A program made the translations under genes and the position numbers. DNA of 61,078 nucleotides, filler included, from Basidiobolus ranarum (lineage: Eukaryota), in assembly GCA_040143965.1 (NCBI GenBank). It is 14 parts of 14 records of this genome, joined end to end, with 100 filler letters (N's around TTAATTAATTAA, not from the genome) between each part and the next. Parts side by side here need not be neighbours in the genome. Positions count along the whole stretch, not along the records: positions 35,007 to 39,276 come from JASJQH010008915.1; positions 39,377 to 43,639 come from JASJQH010008916.1; positions 43,740 to 48,000 come from JASJQH010008917.1; positions 48,101 to 52,360 come from JASJQH010008918.1; 10 more parts are not named here. The stretch is one strand, 5' to 3'. The notes under the pieces are model-generated. The model did no database searches. It was not told the DNA's origin and worked only from the letters and a program-made list of their open reading frames with translations. This document shows, piece after piece, positions 36,313-49,743 of this stretch; the stretch's first letter is position 1; the number at the start of each line of letters is the position of its first letter.

Positions 36313-38040
36313 ATGGACACCAAAGAATTGAAATCGGATCACCGGCAAGAGGTTGGGCACGAAGAAGGCGTGGCCCAAACACAATATAGAGAGCAAGATT
36401 CTGAAGGTTTGCGCCGTATTGCCGACAAAATCCCAATTGCTGCTTGGTTTATCATTATCAGTGAGTACCCGTATCCAGCGCTTTTCATCATGTACATATA
36501 CTAAATGAGCTGTTGTGTCCCAGATGAATTTTGTGAACGATTTGCCTATTATGGAGGATCTGCCCCTTTCACAAATTATGTCCAGTTCCCTCCTGGCGAT
36601 CCCAACCAAGCCGGTGCATTAAACAAAGGCCAGGCTACCGCTACGGCTTGGAAACAGTTTTTCACTTTCTTTTGCTACTTGACTCCTCTGATCGGCGCCA
36701 TCATTGCTGATCAGTATCTGGGAAAATATAAAACGATTTTGATTTTTTCTTCTATATACATGCTTGGTTGGTTTATTTTAACAATCACATCTATCCCATC
36801 GATAATGGGCCAAGCTGGATATCCTGGTTATATCGTCTCCCTCTTCGTTATCGGTTTGGGCACAGGCGGTATCAAACCTCTTGTTTCTCCTATGGCAGCT
36901 GATCAATATACCCAGAAGGAGATAGAGTATCGAGTGGTCAAAGGAGAACGCGTTATTGTTGATCCAGAATTGAATACCCAGCACTTGTATAATTGGTTTT
37001 ACTGGGCAATCAACGTTGGCTCGCTAATAGGTGGCATTGTTACTCCACAGCTAGAGCTTCACATTGGATTTTGGCTTGCTTACCTCGTTCCAACTGCTAT
37101 GTTTGGTCTTGCTATTATTGTTTTTGTTTCAGGTAATAAAATGTACAACAAGGTTCCTCCTAGTGGGGAGTCCACAATTGTTAAGGCATATCGAACCATC
37201 GTGTACGCACGCCACCGAATCCGCAAAGCTGGAGTGAAGCCTAAGCACTTTTTGGATGCTGCCAAAAGTAACCCGGAAGGGTTTCCACCTGAAACTGAGG
37301 AAGAGCAGGCCCGTCGCAGATGGGATGATCGCTTTGTTGATGATCTGAAGCAAACCCTTATGGCTTGTAAAATCTTCATTCCATTGACTGTCTATTGGAT
37401 TTCATACAATCAAATCACTTCCAACCTTATATCCCAGGCAGCAGTGATGAAACTTCCGCCTAGCCTCCCTAACGATATTATCACCAATATTGATCCTATT
37501 GCATTGGTCATCCTTATTCCCATCATGGATATTGCCATTTACCCAGCCCTTCGAAAAATCAGGTTAAACCCTCGGCCGATGACTCGAATCTTTCTTGGGT
37601 TTATGCTCGGAGCTCTTGCGATGCTTGCCTCAGCGCTAGTTCAGAATGAAATTTACCGTCGCCGTGATGCTGGCGAAGAGCTACTGAATGTTTGGTGGCA
37701 AATCCCAGCATATGTTTTCATCGCTGTATCGGAAATCTTCGCCAGTATTACATCACTCGAGTATTCGTATACCCACGCTCCAGACTCACTTAAGGGTATG
37801 GTATCTGCTTTGTCGCTCTTGCCTAATGCCATCGCGGCGCTTATTGGCATCTTACTTTCGCCCGTTTCCCAGGATCCATATCTGACCTGGATGTATGCTG
37901 GTGTTTCTATTGCCTGCTTTGTGGTAGGAATTTTGTTCTGGTTTGTGTTCAAACACTATGACCGCCTCGACGATGAAATTAAGCGTAACAGGTCCGAGCA
38001 ACGAGGCCGAGAAGTAGAAGATCACAAACTGGAGAGCTAA
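36313..38040 (+). CDS. PTR2: POT/PTR-family di/tripeptide transporter (intron 36461-36523)
   Basis: EFCERFAYYG, GAIIADQYLGKY, GTGGIKP, FYWAINVGSL, EIFASITSLEYSYTHAP. Intact. Confidence 0.96.
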
Positions 38041-39213
38041 GTGTGGAACCAATTACGAGCTCCAACTAAATACCGATATTGTTCAATATTCGGCCTTATT
38101 ATATCGACTCAAGTTTGATATATAGCATCAATATCTCTTCTACCTCCGAATTCCATTTTACATTCCCCCCATTCATCTTTTCTATTTAGCAGAGTTATGT
38201 GCACCTCCTTTTCTTTGTTGATTGACTTATGTACGATTTTGAGTGAGAATTTATAATAAAAAAAGCAATAATATTACCATTGTTGTCAACATGTATCTTG
38301 TCAATCTGCAACTTACTTGATGAGCCACTAAGGAGAGTCAGCAATTCAAACGCGATCAGTGGAGCATAGAGTACCTCTTATTTGCTAATCTTCAAATCAG
38401 AATAATATGAGAACCACCTCGGATCAAGACATGTTTATATGCGTGACTGAAAAGTTACTCATCACTCACATATATGGACGGGACAGGAGGGCATGAAGGA
38501 GAGCATACATGTAGGCTATGGATTGCTATTGGTACATTGATATACAAAGTAGACACTATAGTCGAAAGAGAATCCTACATTGTAGGTCATGGGGTCATGT
38601 GTTTCTGACATTCATCAGCCTACCAAGGTCAAAGTTAAATTGAATCATTCTGAAATATGTTCATATGCATCACAAGTAATTCTTATTAAACTCCAATCTA
38701 CACACGTCATATCCACGCGTCCATACAACATTGATTTGCTTTCAAGTTACTTGTTTTCTGATAATCCCTGTTTGAGAAATATCGAACGCCTTTTCAAGTT
38801 CTCAGGTAGAGAGACGGAGTCACGGAATATATTTCTGCCTTGTATTAAGCAGTACATGCGTTGGTATAAACAAAGTTAAAGAATTGCTCAAAATTGGGAG
38901 AAAACAGCTGTATCTAAATATTTTTACACTTATAACCAATTGACTAGTCAAGATTATCAGCAATATTCACAATAATGCACTACTATTCACCTGATACTCT
39001 TCGGGATTTCTATCAAAATGCATGGGATGCGGCGCATGTGGTTAGCAGACTACCTGCCTTTTGCATGCTACTATAGTACCATTTTTATAATCTTTTAAAT
39101 CTTGATGTAAATTTTCCTATATCATATTTAACATGAGTAATATTGGATTCGTGCAAAACTACTCAAACTTCCCCTAGCAACATAGCCCTGTTATTATTAC
39201 TGTTCTTTGTAAT

Positions 39214-39276
39214 TGTTGAAGTATTTTGAGAGTTTGTAGCAAGTGGCTTGGAGAACTAGAAGAATTGATGGTATTC
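39214..39276 (-). repeat. LTR family B fragment at contig end
   Basis: Reverse-complement match to the LTR-B 3' end (AAGTGGCTTGGAGAACTAGAAGAATTGATGG). Confidence 0.7.
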
Positions 39277-39479
39277 NNNNNNNNNNNNNNNNNNNNNNNN
39301 NNNNNNNNNNNNNNNNNNNNTTAATTAATTAANNNNNNNNNNNNNNNNNNNNNNNNNNNNNNNNNNNNNNNNNNNNGCATTTGTCAGGCCAAAGCTGAGT
39401 ATCATGGACTCAAAGTATCCATATCTTATACTAAAGGCAGTTTTGGGGAGGTCAGAGGCCTTGATTCTAACTTGGTAAT

Positions 39480-39826
39480 TGTCAAGGTATTCTGGAAGTT
39501 TGTTGGAACTTGATTGGAGATATAAAGAAATTGGTGGTTTCACTTATTGCCTTATTTAACAGCAAATAAACATTGACAGTTTTGTCAAGATGTAAACAAA
39601 CTAGAAAGTAAAATATATCAAGTATGGTCCCAGAAACATATTTGCAAAGTTTGGGGCTTCTAGCACAAGTTTGAAAAATATATATATCTGAGAACTTCTA
39701 AGTTGGTAAAAAATTTTAAATAAACTCCAATTGGGAATAATGGGAGATGTATTAGGGAGACATAGGACAACTAAACACTAAGCTACATATAACTATATGG
39801 GTATTAGGGCCATGCTAATTTCAACA
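39480..39826 (-). repeat. Solo LTR family B with 5-bp target-site duplication, inserted in Gypsy RT
   Basis: TG...CA ends, flanked by GTAAT (39475-39479) and ATAAT (39827-39831). Removing it restores SGYYQVRI. Confidence 0.88.
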
Positions 39827-40220
39827 ATAATATCCTGAAGTAAGGTCAATGCTCCTGAATATCTAGGCACCATGTAGCTTATCCATAAGTTTCTCAACTC
39901 TTGGTAGCACATATCTGTTTTTTACTGTGACTGATTTCAGGGCACTGTAGTCCACACACATCATTAAGGAACCATCTTTCTTGGGGACAAAGAGTATGGA
40001 GGATCCCCATGGAGACTTATTTGGTCTGATGAATGCCTTATTTAGTAGTTCTTGCATTTTGTCCTTCAAAGTATATAAATCCTTGAGGCTCAAGGAGTAG
40101 ATAAAACTGGCAACAGGTGTAGTATCAAAGGTCTCTATTTTAAGGTCAGCATCTCTGTGAAGGGGAAGTATTGGGAAATCTCAGTGAGAATGGGAATGAC
40201 AAGGATTGTGATAAGAAAGT

Positions 40221-40592
40221 TATTGAAGTTTATTGTGTTCATCTTATCTATTATCATTATCTTTTTTCACCTAACTATTTCATATATCAGACTTATGTCA
40301 GTTAACAATATTTAGTCAAAAATCACTCAGCTGAAAATTGGAACATATATTTTATATATGTGAATTATCTGAGATTAGTAACTCTATACTGGAAATTTCA
40401 AACTTGTCTAAATTGCCCCTAAGATAGCTCATTTTACTCCCACAGATGTTCTGAACATAACCACAGTGTTATTTTATGTATTTCTACCAAAATGTATAAA
40501 TGCTTTATTTCTAGACAATAAATCAATATCTTTCAAGCCAATCACAACTGTATTTTTCTACAGTTCCTGCAAATAGCCCATATTTTTCCAAT
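40221..40592 (+). repeat. LTR family A copy
   Basis: Reverse complement of the 922-1673 units (GGAAATTTCAAACTTGTC...CCCACAGATGTTCTGAAC). Confidence 0.88.
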
Positions 40593-42099
40593 CAAGGTGT
40601 GGCTTTCACTTGTTGGTATAGTAGCTGAAGCTTTAGTATTTACATTTTATCATAAGTCCCATAACTTGATACTGTATTGTGGTAGAAAAAATATCAAGAT
40701 ACTGTGTACAAATCTTTTGGGCCTTAGGACAGCTTTGAAATTGCTGATAAATTTCAACATCCTAAATATCATTAATCAGAATCAATTAAAAACAAAATTA
40801 ATTTCTCCAAAAATTTGATGACTGACTTAACTATATATGAAGTAATAGGTGTATATTCAAACAGGAAGGCTTTCCAGTTCCTTTTCAAAGACTTCAAGGA
40901 ACTGATCCTGGAGTTGTTTAACATATTAGGGCTTATGATATTCTTCTGTATCCCGCAATAAAGCAATGTGATTAGAACTTCCAGGTTGTACATCTCTGGC
41001 AAAGTCAGATAGAGTAGATGTACACTGACATGTAGATCCACTTAGTTTGTTTAGTACTCTTCCAGTAAAATATAATATATATGTCTGGGTGTGGGCCAGC
41101 ATGGCAGTCTGGTTGGTCCTCTGGTCATTTGCCAGCTTATGCCTCCACAAAAGAGGCTTACCAAATAGAATGTCAAAATTTGTATTTGGGAATATCAAAG
41201 GCTTTAGCTGCTCCTTCAATGTACCAAGAGTGATAGATATATCTGTACATTGCCTATTGATGCTTATTGAGTGTTGATTAGCAATGGTTGTTGGTTAGGC
41301 ATAATGCCTACTGTAGTGGGCTGGAGCATGTCCACAACTTTAAATCTACAATCTCTAGCATAATGCCTCATCTTCCCACAGTTGTAGGATCTAATCCTTG
41401 ATAGCTGGTTGGTCTTTGGTCCCTATTATTATAAGAGCTCATTTGATTGATGTGATACACTTCCATTGGTACCAGGTGGTTAGTCCTGGGTGATGACTGG
41501 TTGGGACAATTCTGGTGATAAGCTGTTAATGCAAGGCATGCACAATTATAGGTATTAGCTTATATCTTGCTGAATTCCAGGTACTTGGGAATATATAGGC
41601 TACTTCTTGCCTGGTCTTAGTGCTTAATCCTCTGAAGAAGTATTGTATCTTGTCATCTTCTACCACAGCAATGATCTGTGCTAATATGTTCTTGAAGTTT
41701 TGAACATATTCCAAGACATTATTCTTCTGTTTGAGGCTTTCTAACTGTGTTATGAGGATTAATAAGAATCTTGATGTTAAAAAGAAGGCTTTGATATTGG
41801 CTTTGAATGCACTCCAGCTTGGGAAGGCCATTGTGCTCTGAGCTTCTGCATGGAAAAGTATCTCATGAAACCAAGATAAAGCTAGGTCTTGGGGACAGCA
41901 TCCTCCTGGCAGAAATATGAGAATTGTTATTGCAAGAAACCTTTCACAATTTTAATCCATTTTGGATTGACTGCTTACCTCCCATTGTAAAATTGTGAAG
42001 TAGGATTTGATTTTAATCAGTTTTTTCAGTTTCAGGAGTGAAATTTAAAGATCTTGTAAAACATTTGCAGATGCTTGGTTACAATATCAGAAAACTATG

Positions 42100-42900
42100 G
42101 ATCAACACATGTGCAAAAAAAGAAACTCATATTTCACACCTTTACCACTTGAATGCTAATTTGTCACCTTTGAAGTCTCTAGTTTCTTTGATATATTCTC
42201 CTGAATATTTTTATAGAGTTCTTCATACCCAAGGTTTAGCTCATATCCAACACAAGTTTGTATCATTTTCTCCATCAAAGCCTACTGTGGTATTAATGTT
42301 GCTGAATCAACATTCTTCCAGCTATCTGGTGGATTACCTGTCATATTATGCCACTCTGAATTAAGTTCTTCCCAGATATTTGCCTGTTCAGCACCAGACT
42401 GTATGTCAAGTTGAAAGACCTTCTTCAGAAGCCACTTTCTGCATACCTGCACTGCATTTTCTCCTTCACACTTCAGTACATACTCTTCAAACACTTTTAC
42501 TATTTCTATACATCCCTGCAGTGTGACACAACTCTGTGTGCTTTGTGGTGATTGGACGGCTTTTTGCTTGCCTCAATGTTTGGGGCTAACTTTGACTCTT
42601 TGCAAAATTCCACTTGAGGTTGGAGAGCCATGAGTTTTCTTTGCTGGTGTTCTAGCTTGCTGAGAGATGCCAGGTGTGAGTTAAACTTCCAACTTTTGCA
42701 CTCTTCCAAATGGTGTATTTGGTTGCATGGTAAAATCAAGCCTTTTTGCCAGTATATCTGACTCCCATAATATAGATCTTTGCAATGGTGTGATGAATTT
42801 GGTAAGTGGAACAGTAGAGCCTAAGATTACTGGCTCCTCTGTTTTTTCCTTGGGCTTACTGACTCCCTGCTCCTTGAATACATTTTTAGCTGCTTTTCTT
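42100..42900 (-). pseudogene. Fossil ORF of unknown function in CpG-depleted DNA
   Basis: One frame runs RKAAKNVFKEQG...VFEEYVLKC...WEELNSEWHNM...YEELYKNIQE with only sparse TAA/TGA/TAG stops. Confidence 0.45.
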
Positions 42901-43235
42901 TATTTTCCAAGTCACTGATTGCAAACATTTTTGAGATGTTTCATTAATAGGCCTACACTGGCCCAATAGCCATTTCTTGCAAAAAACCAAGGACATGCCA
43001 CATGAAATAAGTCAAGAATATTCTGAATAAAGCCTGGTCTTTGATTTTTCCATGATTAGCTCATATCAAGGTGAATTTGGGCAAGATTCTGCACAGTTTC
43101 AAAAATGTTAAACCATTCATCATCAGAGCAAGTGACAGCAACTCTGATATTCAGAGTCCTTGGGTTTGCTGGTTCTCCTATAAGATTTCTACATTCATGT
43201 GCCCAGGCAATTTTAGGTCATTGTGTCAGCACAAT

Positions 43236-43405
43236 GGTCCAACACATATTCTGGGACCTTCCTTAGCATGTTCTCCATGTTAGTTTGTTTACATCTTTGA
43301 CAAAACTATAAATGTCAACTTTCAACCCAATAAATCAATAAGTGAAAACCACCAATTCCTCTAATTCTCCAAACCACTTCCAATAGGCTCCCAAATACTT
43401 TAACA
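43236..43405 (+). repeat. LTR family B, 3' half
   Basis: GGGACCTTCCTT...CTCCCAAATACTTTAACA. Confidence 0.85.
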
Positions 43406-43739
43406 TAATTAACCATGTGAAAATTGGTTTTTTCCAATAATTGTTGGAAGTTAAATAACACATGCCAAATTAGAGTATCAATATTTCAGAATGTATGATT
43501 ACCATTATGATACTGTTGAGAAGCTGCCATTTCACCATCAAAATCTCTGGCAGAATGCAAGCTGCCAAAATTGTGATGGTCCTCTGATGGTTTTATGCTC
43601 CAGAAAGGTAGATACAATCCAAATCATATCAATTGGATTNNNNNNNNNNNNNNNNNNNNNNNNNNNNNNNNNNNNNNNNNNNNTTAATTAATTAANNNNN
43701 NNNNNNNNNNNNNNNNNNNNNNNNNNNNNNNNNNNNNNN

Positions 43740-44391
43740 CACCTACCAAATGAAAATTCTCTCGACTGCCTTGTTCTCAGTGATCCTTTTGGGTAAAAGA
43801 CTGTCTCGTAATAAATGGATCAGTCTAGTTCTGCTGATGGTTGGAGTGATTTTGGTTCAATTGCCAGCCTCCTCCAAAGTGGCCACATCGGCCACTGACG
43901 AAGAAACCAGTCTTGTTAATGGTCAAAATCCTTTGATTGGCTTTGTTGCCGTCATTGCAGCATGTCTCTCTTCAGGTTTCGCTGGCTGTTACTTTGAGAA
44001 GATGCTCAAGAGAAATGCTACAAGTATGTGGGTACGTAATATTCAGCTAGGGATCCCTGGGACTCTTTTCTCTCTCATTGCCATGCTATGCAATGATGGC
44101 CAGACGATCGCCACTCATGGACTTTTCCAAGGCTATGATTTTCTTACCTGGGTGGTTGTGGTGAATCAAGCACTTGGAGGATTGTTGGTTGCTGTAGTTG
44201 TCAAATATGCCGATAATATTCTCAAAGGGTTTGCCACCTCACTGTCCATCATTATTTCCAGTGTTATATCTTTCTACCTTTTCAATTTCCATCCTTCGCC
44301 TCAGTTCGCTTTAGGAGCACTCATTGTGATTACCTCTACATTTATGTATGGACGCCCGGAAAGAACACAACCAACCTCGCCAACATTCTAA
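43740..44391 (+). CDS. Nucleotide-sugar (UDP-galactose type) transporter, 3' part
   Basis: TYQMKILSTALFS, SGFAGCYFEKMLK, SMWVRNIQL, GGLLVAVVVKYADNILKGFATSLSII. Confidence 0.95.
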
Positions 44392-46897
44392 AGTTCGAAG
44401 GGAGACCACTACGCTTTCCTTCAATAGTCCATTTAGTTAGCATATTTGAACTCTGATTTACCAGCTTAACAGGGTACACTTTGGATATATACTTGCTCGA
44501 AGTTAGCAGCCATTTTCAGTGCATCCATTCACATTCCTTTTTCCCTTGTTTTTTTCTTTAATCACGCCTGGAAATAGATTACTAATACCCTTTCTTCTCT
44601 TGTACTTTAAACTTGACAGAAATACTCTTTTCATATTGATATCCTTGTTCCCTTCACCCAATATCTTCTAACACATCCGTTTTTTTGAATTTGTATGAAA
44701 ATTTTAAATTATAAAGTTTTACATGTATAGACCCATTTTATCCCGCTCTGATGTTACTCAAAATCACTCGATGGTTTTTGAATTATCACGAAATATGAGA
44801 AACAGTTTAATGCACCAATCAACACACTGCCCCTCCCCCATTCAATAGCAAAACTAAGTACCTATCCAAAACCTATCATTTTACCTCGTTACAAGCCACT
44901 TAATGCTCGTTTTCCATTTGAAGCAACGATCCCATGATCGAGGTAACAACAAAAACTACGGGATGGAATTGTATTTATAGAAGAGGTAATTTGCATTGGT
45001 AGATATGGGGATGAGGGGAGGCGAGATGTGGGAGAATTTCAGGCTAGTCCAAAAATAGACTACCCATGAACGAATGAAGTCACTGTGTTAGATGGATTGA
45101 TTTGAGAAAGTTCAAAAAGGCACCAATATTAATGCATAAATCCATATCTGGGTTTTTTTAGCATACACTTCTACCTAATTGAATTATAATCATCAAATCT
45201 CTGGAATGCCTATGAATTCTACGAGTCAATTCCCTCCTACTTTCTGTGCAACTGAGTCCGTCTGAAAGCATGTAAATGTAAGTTTGAGGGGACAAGGGTA
45301 CCAAATAGAGCTAGGGCTCTATGGCTTGGCGAAATGACGGGATATCAACTAGAATAATAGATACTCTATTCAGGCACAGCAAATCCAACTGGTTACTCTG
45401 ACCCAAAGTATCGGGAAAAGAGTGCCAGACATGTTTAACATGGTTTTCATCCAATCAACCTCCCTGTTCGGAGATCCGTGTATCCTACCTAACCACGGAT
45501 TGGATCCAAAATAGCCAGTTCAGACTTGATGGATCTTTTATCTCTCCTGTAGGTGTGTGTACTTGAGATCCAGATGCATTCTCTTGGATTGCCGTTTTGA
45601 ATATGTATTGGCCCTAAGAACATATTCAACAGATGGAAATAATCGGTTTGAATCTATGTATGGTTCTTCCACTTGAAAAATACCTCCAACAATGATTCAT
45701 GCTGAGAAAACTTACTCTGATGAAGCCGATTTGGCTCCTGAATTCGAGCAGTTGAAGAGTCAAGGTGTTATGTTTTAACTGGTTTATCAGGTGCCTAGTA
45801 TATCTCATATATACCAGAACTGAAGGATATACAGAAACCAAAGGTTGTATAAATGCTATAAACGAGAGTAAAATTCATCAGGGATTTCGCCAGTTTTGTC
45901 AACGTGCGTGAAAGCTGTCGATTGTTTCAACTGCAATTTTGAACTAGATGAGCTACTCCTATCGCCAACAACCTCTTGACCACAGGATTCTATTGCTATA
46001 TAAACAGTCCTATAGGGATTGATAACGATTTTAAGAGCTATGAATATACTGGATCAAATGCCACACTGTGTGTACAATACTTAACACCGAATACACATGT
46101 AAGTAATGAGTATTGGAAATGTTGATCAAGCTGCACAATATGATTCAGTCTTGTCACGCAGATTGCGAAGCACTAACCTGGTCTTCCATTGCTAATCACA
46201 CTAATATTCTAATTAAATTCAGTGCATTGGGTCCAAATTTTTCAAACTTTATTTTGTATATCTATGAGTTATATAGCTCTCAAGTTCATGCGTTATTGAG
46301 TCGGCAGTATTTCTACCTAATAGAATCTTTGTCTCCTTGCTTACTCACCATTATTAGGCGTAGTTCTATAATGATGCTTTGGTGTTTGAGAGGTGATCAT
46401 GAGGAATTGGGGTTAATATGAAATTGTGAGATTCTTATTCAATGATCTCAATTTAAGAATCAAATATTTGAAAGTATCACTGAAGAGACAATGTAGTTAT
46501 GCATTGAAGTTTGTTATAGATTTATATCTTGCTAGACATTTCTAACAAATGAATGTACTATTTCAGCAGTCATGAAACCTGTTGTGAAAATTGTCACTTT
46601 CGATAATTTGAGTTGTTTATTTAGCTTGGAGATAGGGATCCATAGACAGTTATTATAGACCCAGAGGTGAAACCATCTAACCTTACTATTTCTAAGATCT
46701 CTATGAAGAAAAATCAAGAAACCATCAGTGGTATCTGTTTGGGTATTAAGGATTCACAACTTATGAACATTCAGATTGCAGGGTCTCTCATGTATATTGT
46801 AAGAATGGTTTAAGCTTTCTATCTCTATCGTGTTTATTATTCCTATCATCATACAGTTAACTACTGTCAATACTATTGAAATTAGCATTGCCTAAAC

Positions 46898-48000
46898 TGT
46901 TAAAGTATTTGGGAGCCTGTTGGAAGTGGTTTGGAGAATTAGAGGAATTGGTGTTTTTCACTCATTGATTTATTGATTAGAAAGTTGACATTTATAGTTT
47001 TGTCAAGATGTAAACAAACTAACATGTAGAATATGTTAAGGAAGGTCCCAGGAACATGTGTGCAGAGTTTGGGGCTTCTGGCACAGGTTTGAAAAATCCA
47101 TATATCTGAGAACTTCTAAGTTAGTAAAAATATTCCAAGTAATTCCAATTGAAAATAATGAGTAATATCTTAGAAAACTATAAGATAACTAAGTACTAAG
47201 CTATATGTGACTATATAGATACTTAGATAATGGTAATCTTAATACTCTCCCTGAATTACATAGTCATTTAAACTAATTCTCAGGATGATCTAAATTTCCC
47301 AAATTTCTGTCTAGCTAATGGTTTGGTTAATAAATCAGCAATCATGTCTTCTGTACAACAATAACTTAGGTCAATAAACTTATTCTCTATAGTCTCTCTA
47401 ATGATGTGATGTCTAATATCTATATGTTTGCTTCTATTGTGAAACATGGGCTTTTTAGCTAATTTGATACAACTTTGATTATCTTCAAATATTATAGTTG
47501 GTGAATTTTGGTTATAATCTAACTCTATTAAGAGTTTTCTTAGCCATATTGCTGCTTTGGTTGCTTCACAGGCAGCCATGTGTTCTGCTTCTGTTGTTGA
47601 AAGAGCTATGGTCGGTTGCTTCTTTGAATTTCAAGAAATAGCTTCATTCAAGCAAAGAAACAAGTATCCTGTTATAGATCTCTTGTCTTCAATATCTCTT
47701 CCCCAATTTGCATCTGAATATCCTATCAGATCAAAGTTTGATCCAGAATATGTGTATTTTAAGCACAGATCCACTGTATCTTTCAAATATCTAAAAATCC
47801 ACTTAACTGCTATGATTTGATCAGATCCATAATTTTGAAGATATTGGCACATAACTCCCACAGAATATACAATATATAGCCATGTTCCAACTGTGATATA
47901 CATCAAACTACCAACCATAGATTGATAGGGAAATTTCTGGCAATCATTTGAATCCAAGAACATCTGATTTGAGCCATTTTGGGTCAAGTTAAGATTTGTC
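46898..48000 (-). mobile_element. Ty1/Copia 3' end: RT/RNase H, PPT (about 47245-47255) and 3' LTR family B (46898-47244)
   Basis: PYQSMVGSLMY, GYSDANWGRDIEDKRSITGY, FHNRSKHIDIRHH, ADLLTKPL. The purine tract abuts the LTR, linking LTR-B to Copia. Confidence 0.93.
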
Positions 48001-49366
48001 NNNNNNNNNNNNNNNNNNNNNNNNNNNNNNNNNNNNNNNNNNNNTTAATTAATTAANNNNNNNNNNNNNNNNNNNNNNNNNNNNNNNNNNNNNNNNNNNN
48101 CAAAGACCACCACCTCCCTACCCGCACCCAACCACGGGCCCTGCCCGCGGCCCGGGCCCTGCCCGGCATGGCCCCGGGGGGGGGGGGCAGGTAGGGTAGA
48201 GATGATGTTCGTGGGATTCTAGTGGAAATTGTTCCTCCAAAGACTGAGAGATGAACTTAACCTATTAAAGCTGAAGTATGTTTTATCATCTTTCTGGCTC
48301 ATTTAGCGATGTCACGAGCACTAGCGCAAGAATGTCTACTTGGCCTGCCTTCCTTTAAGCGTGTAGCAATCTGACTAGCACTTAATAGCTGTTTGTTTTG
48401 GCCACTGGGGAAAGCTTCTGAATGATTACTTAGTAAATTAATCATACTCCTGGTGATAGATTCCGTTCTGTTGGCACCGTTGTATACCACCACCAGTGGT
48501 AATTCTAATCTTCCTGGCATCATAAACACATTCCTGTTACCTTCTTCACCAGAGCTACTGTTACCAGCACTATTACTATTTGCAATCTCCTCAAAAAATT
48601 TTGGCAAATCGAAGTGGGTAATAATAGATTGTTTAGCAAAAGTCTTTTATTATTGACTGTAATTCTGGAAAAATCAAGGAAAAATATTCACTAAATAAGT
48701 TTTAAAAGAAGCAAAGAAAGAAAATTAAGATATTTAAAAAGAATGGAAGCCAGGTGAACTCTAATTCTCCATGCAGTATATTGACAAGTGTCTGATGCTA
48801 TACCACTGTATAGTAATCTTTATTAAATTTGAATGTAGTCAGAATATACAATCCTGTGTGCACCTCAAGTACAGGCTATGAGAAAAAAACACCAATGCCA
48901 TGTGTGAATTGGGCCATAACTCTAGATTTGCTAAGATGTATCTAAGAAGACAATTCTTCAACTGACAATGCAGCTTGGTGAAGACATTAAACTACTCATC
49001 AATAGTGCTACTACCTTAGTGGATGAATTGTAATGCATTGCAGTACCTATTACTGATCTGTATGCCACAGTTATATTTCAGATGATATAACTATCAAGAA
49101 TCAGCAATATTAGCAGGGTAGATGTAACTCTGATGGTATCTCTAACTAGAAGTCTGCCTAGAACAATGTAATGCTTGATTAATGACTCAGACTTCAATCC
49201 AAATGAAGGATTCAGTACAACTGTAAAAGTGAAGAAGACTACAAACTAAACTGGACCCCCATCTTGAATATTAAAGCCTCATTGAGTTGTATTGGAATCT
49301 TGTTTATCATTACACAATATAGGCTAAAATATCTTGTATAAGAAAGGATAGGGGATATATGGCAGC

Positions 49367-49743
49367 TGTTGAAGTTTTTGTCTTTATCATATTTATTTTC
49401 TCTATCTTCATACACTTGACTATTTCATATATCATATATTAGTTAGTCAACATTACATAGCTAAATATCACTTAACTCAAAAACAAAACCTATGTTATAT
49501 ATATATGTGAATTATGTGAGAATTAGCAATTCTATGTTGGAAATTTCAAATTTGTCCAAATTGCCCTAAAGATAGCTCATTTTACTCCCACAGATGTTCT
49601 GAACACAACCCCAGTGTTAGTTTTCTGTATTTCCACCAAAATATATAAATGCTTTAATTCTGGACAATAAATAATTATCTCAGAAAGCTATTCACAACTC
49701 CACTTTTCTAAAGTTCCTCCAAACAGCCCCTATTTTCCCAATA
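49367..49743 (+). repeat. Full-length solo LTR family A (TG...TA ends)
   Basis: TGTTGAAG...TTTTCCCAATA. No clear TSD. Confidence 0.88.

Larger units (their letters stand above)
39377..41990 (-). mobile_element. Ty3/Gypsy gag-pol pseudogene carrying nested LTR insertions
   Basis: Gag (LKQKNNVLEYVQNF...YFFRGL), zinc knuckle CGKMRHYARDC, protease FDILFGKP, RT IRPNKSPWGSSILFVPKKDGSLMMCVDYSAL and DLTSGYYQVRI...KTAF...FGLTNA. Confidence 0.92.

Noticed and set aside
36295-38052. Antisense ORFs over PTR2 (likewise over eIF4G, ESF1 and Copia pol)
   Set aside because: Shadow ORFs of real coding sequences.
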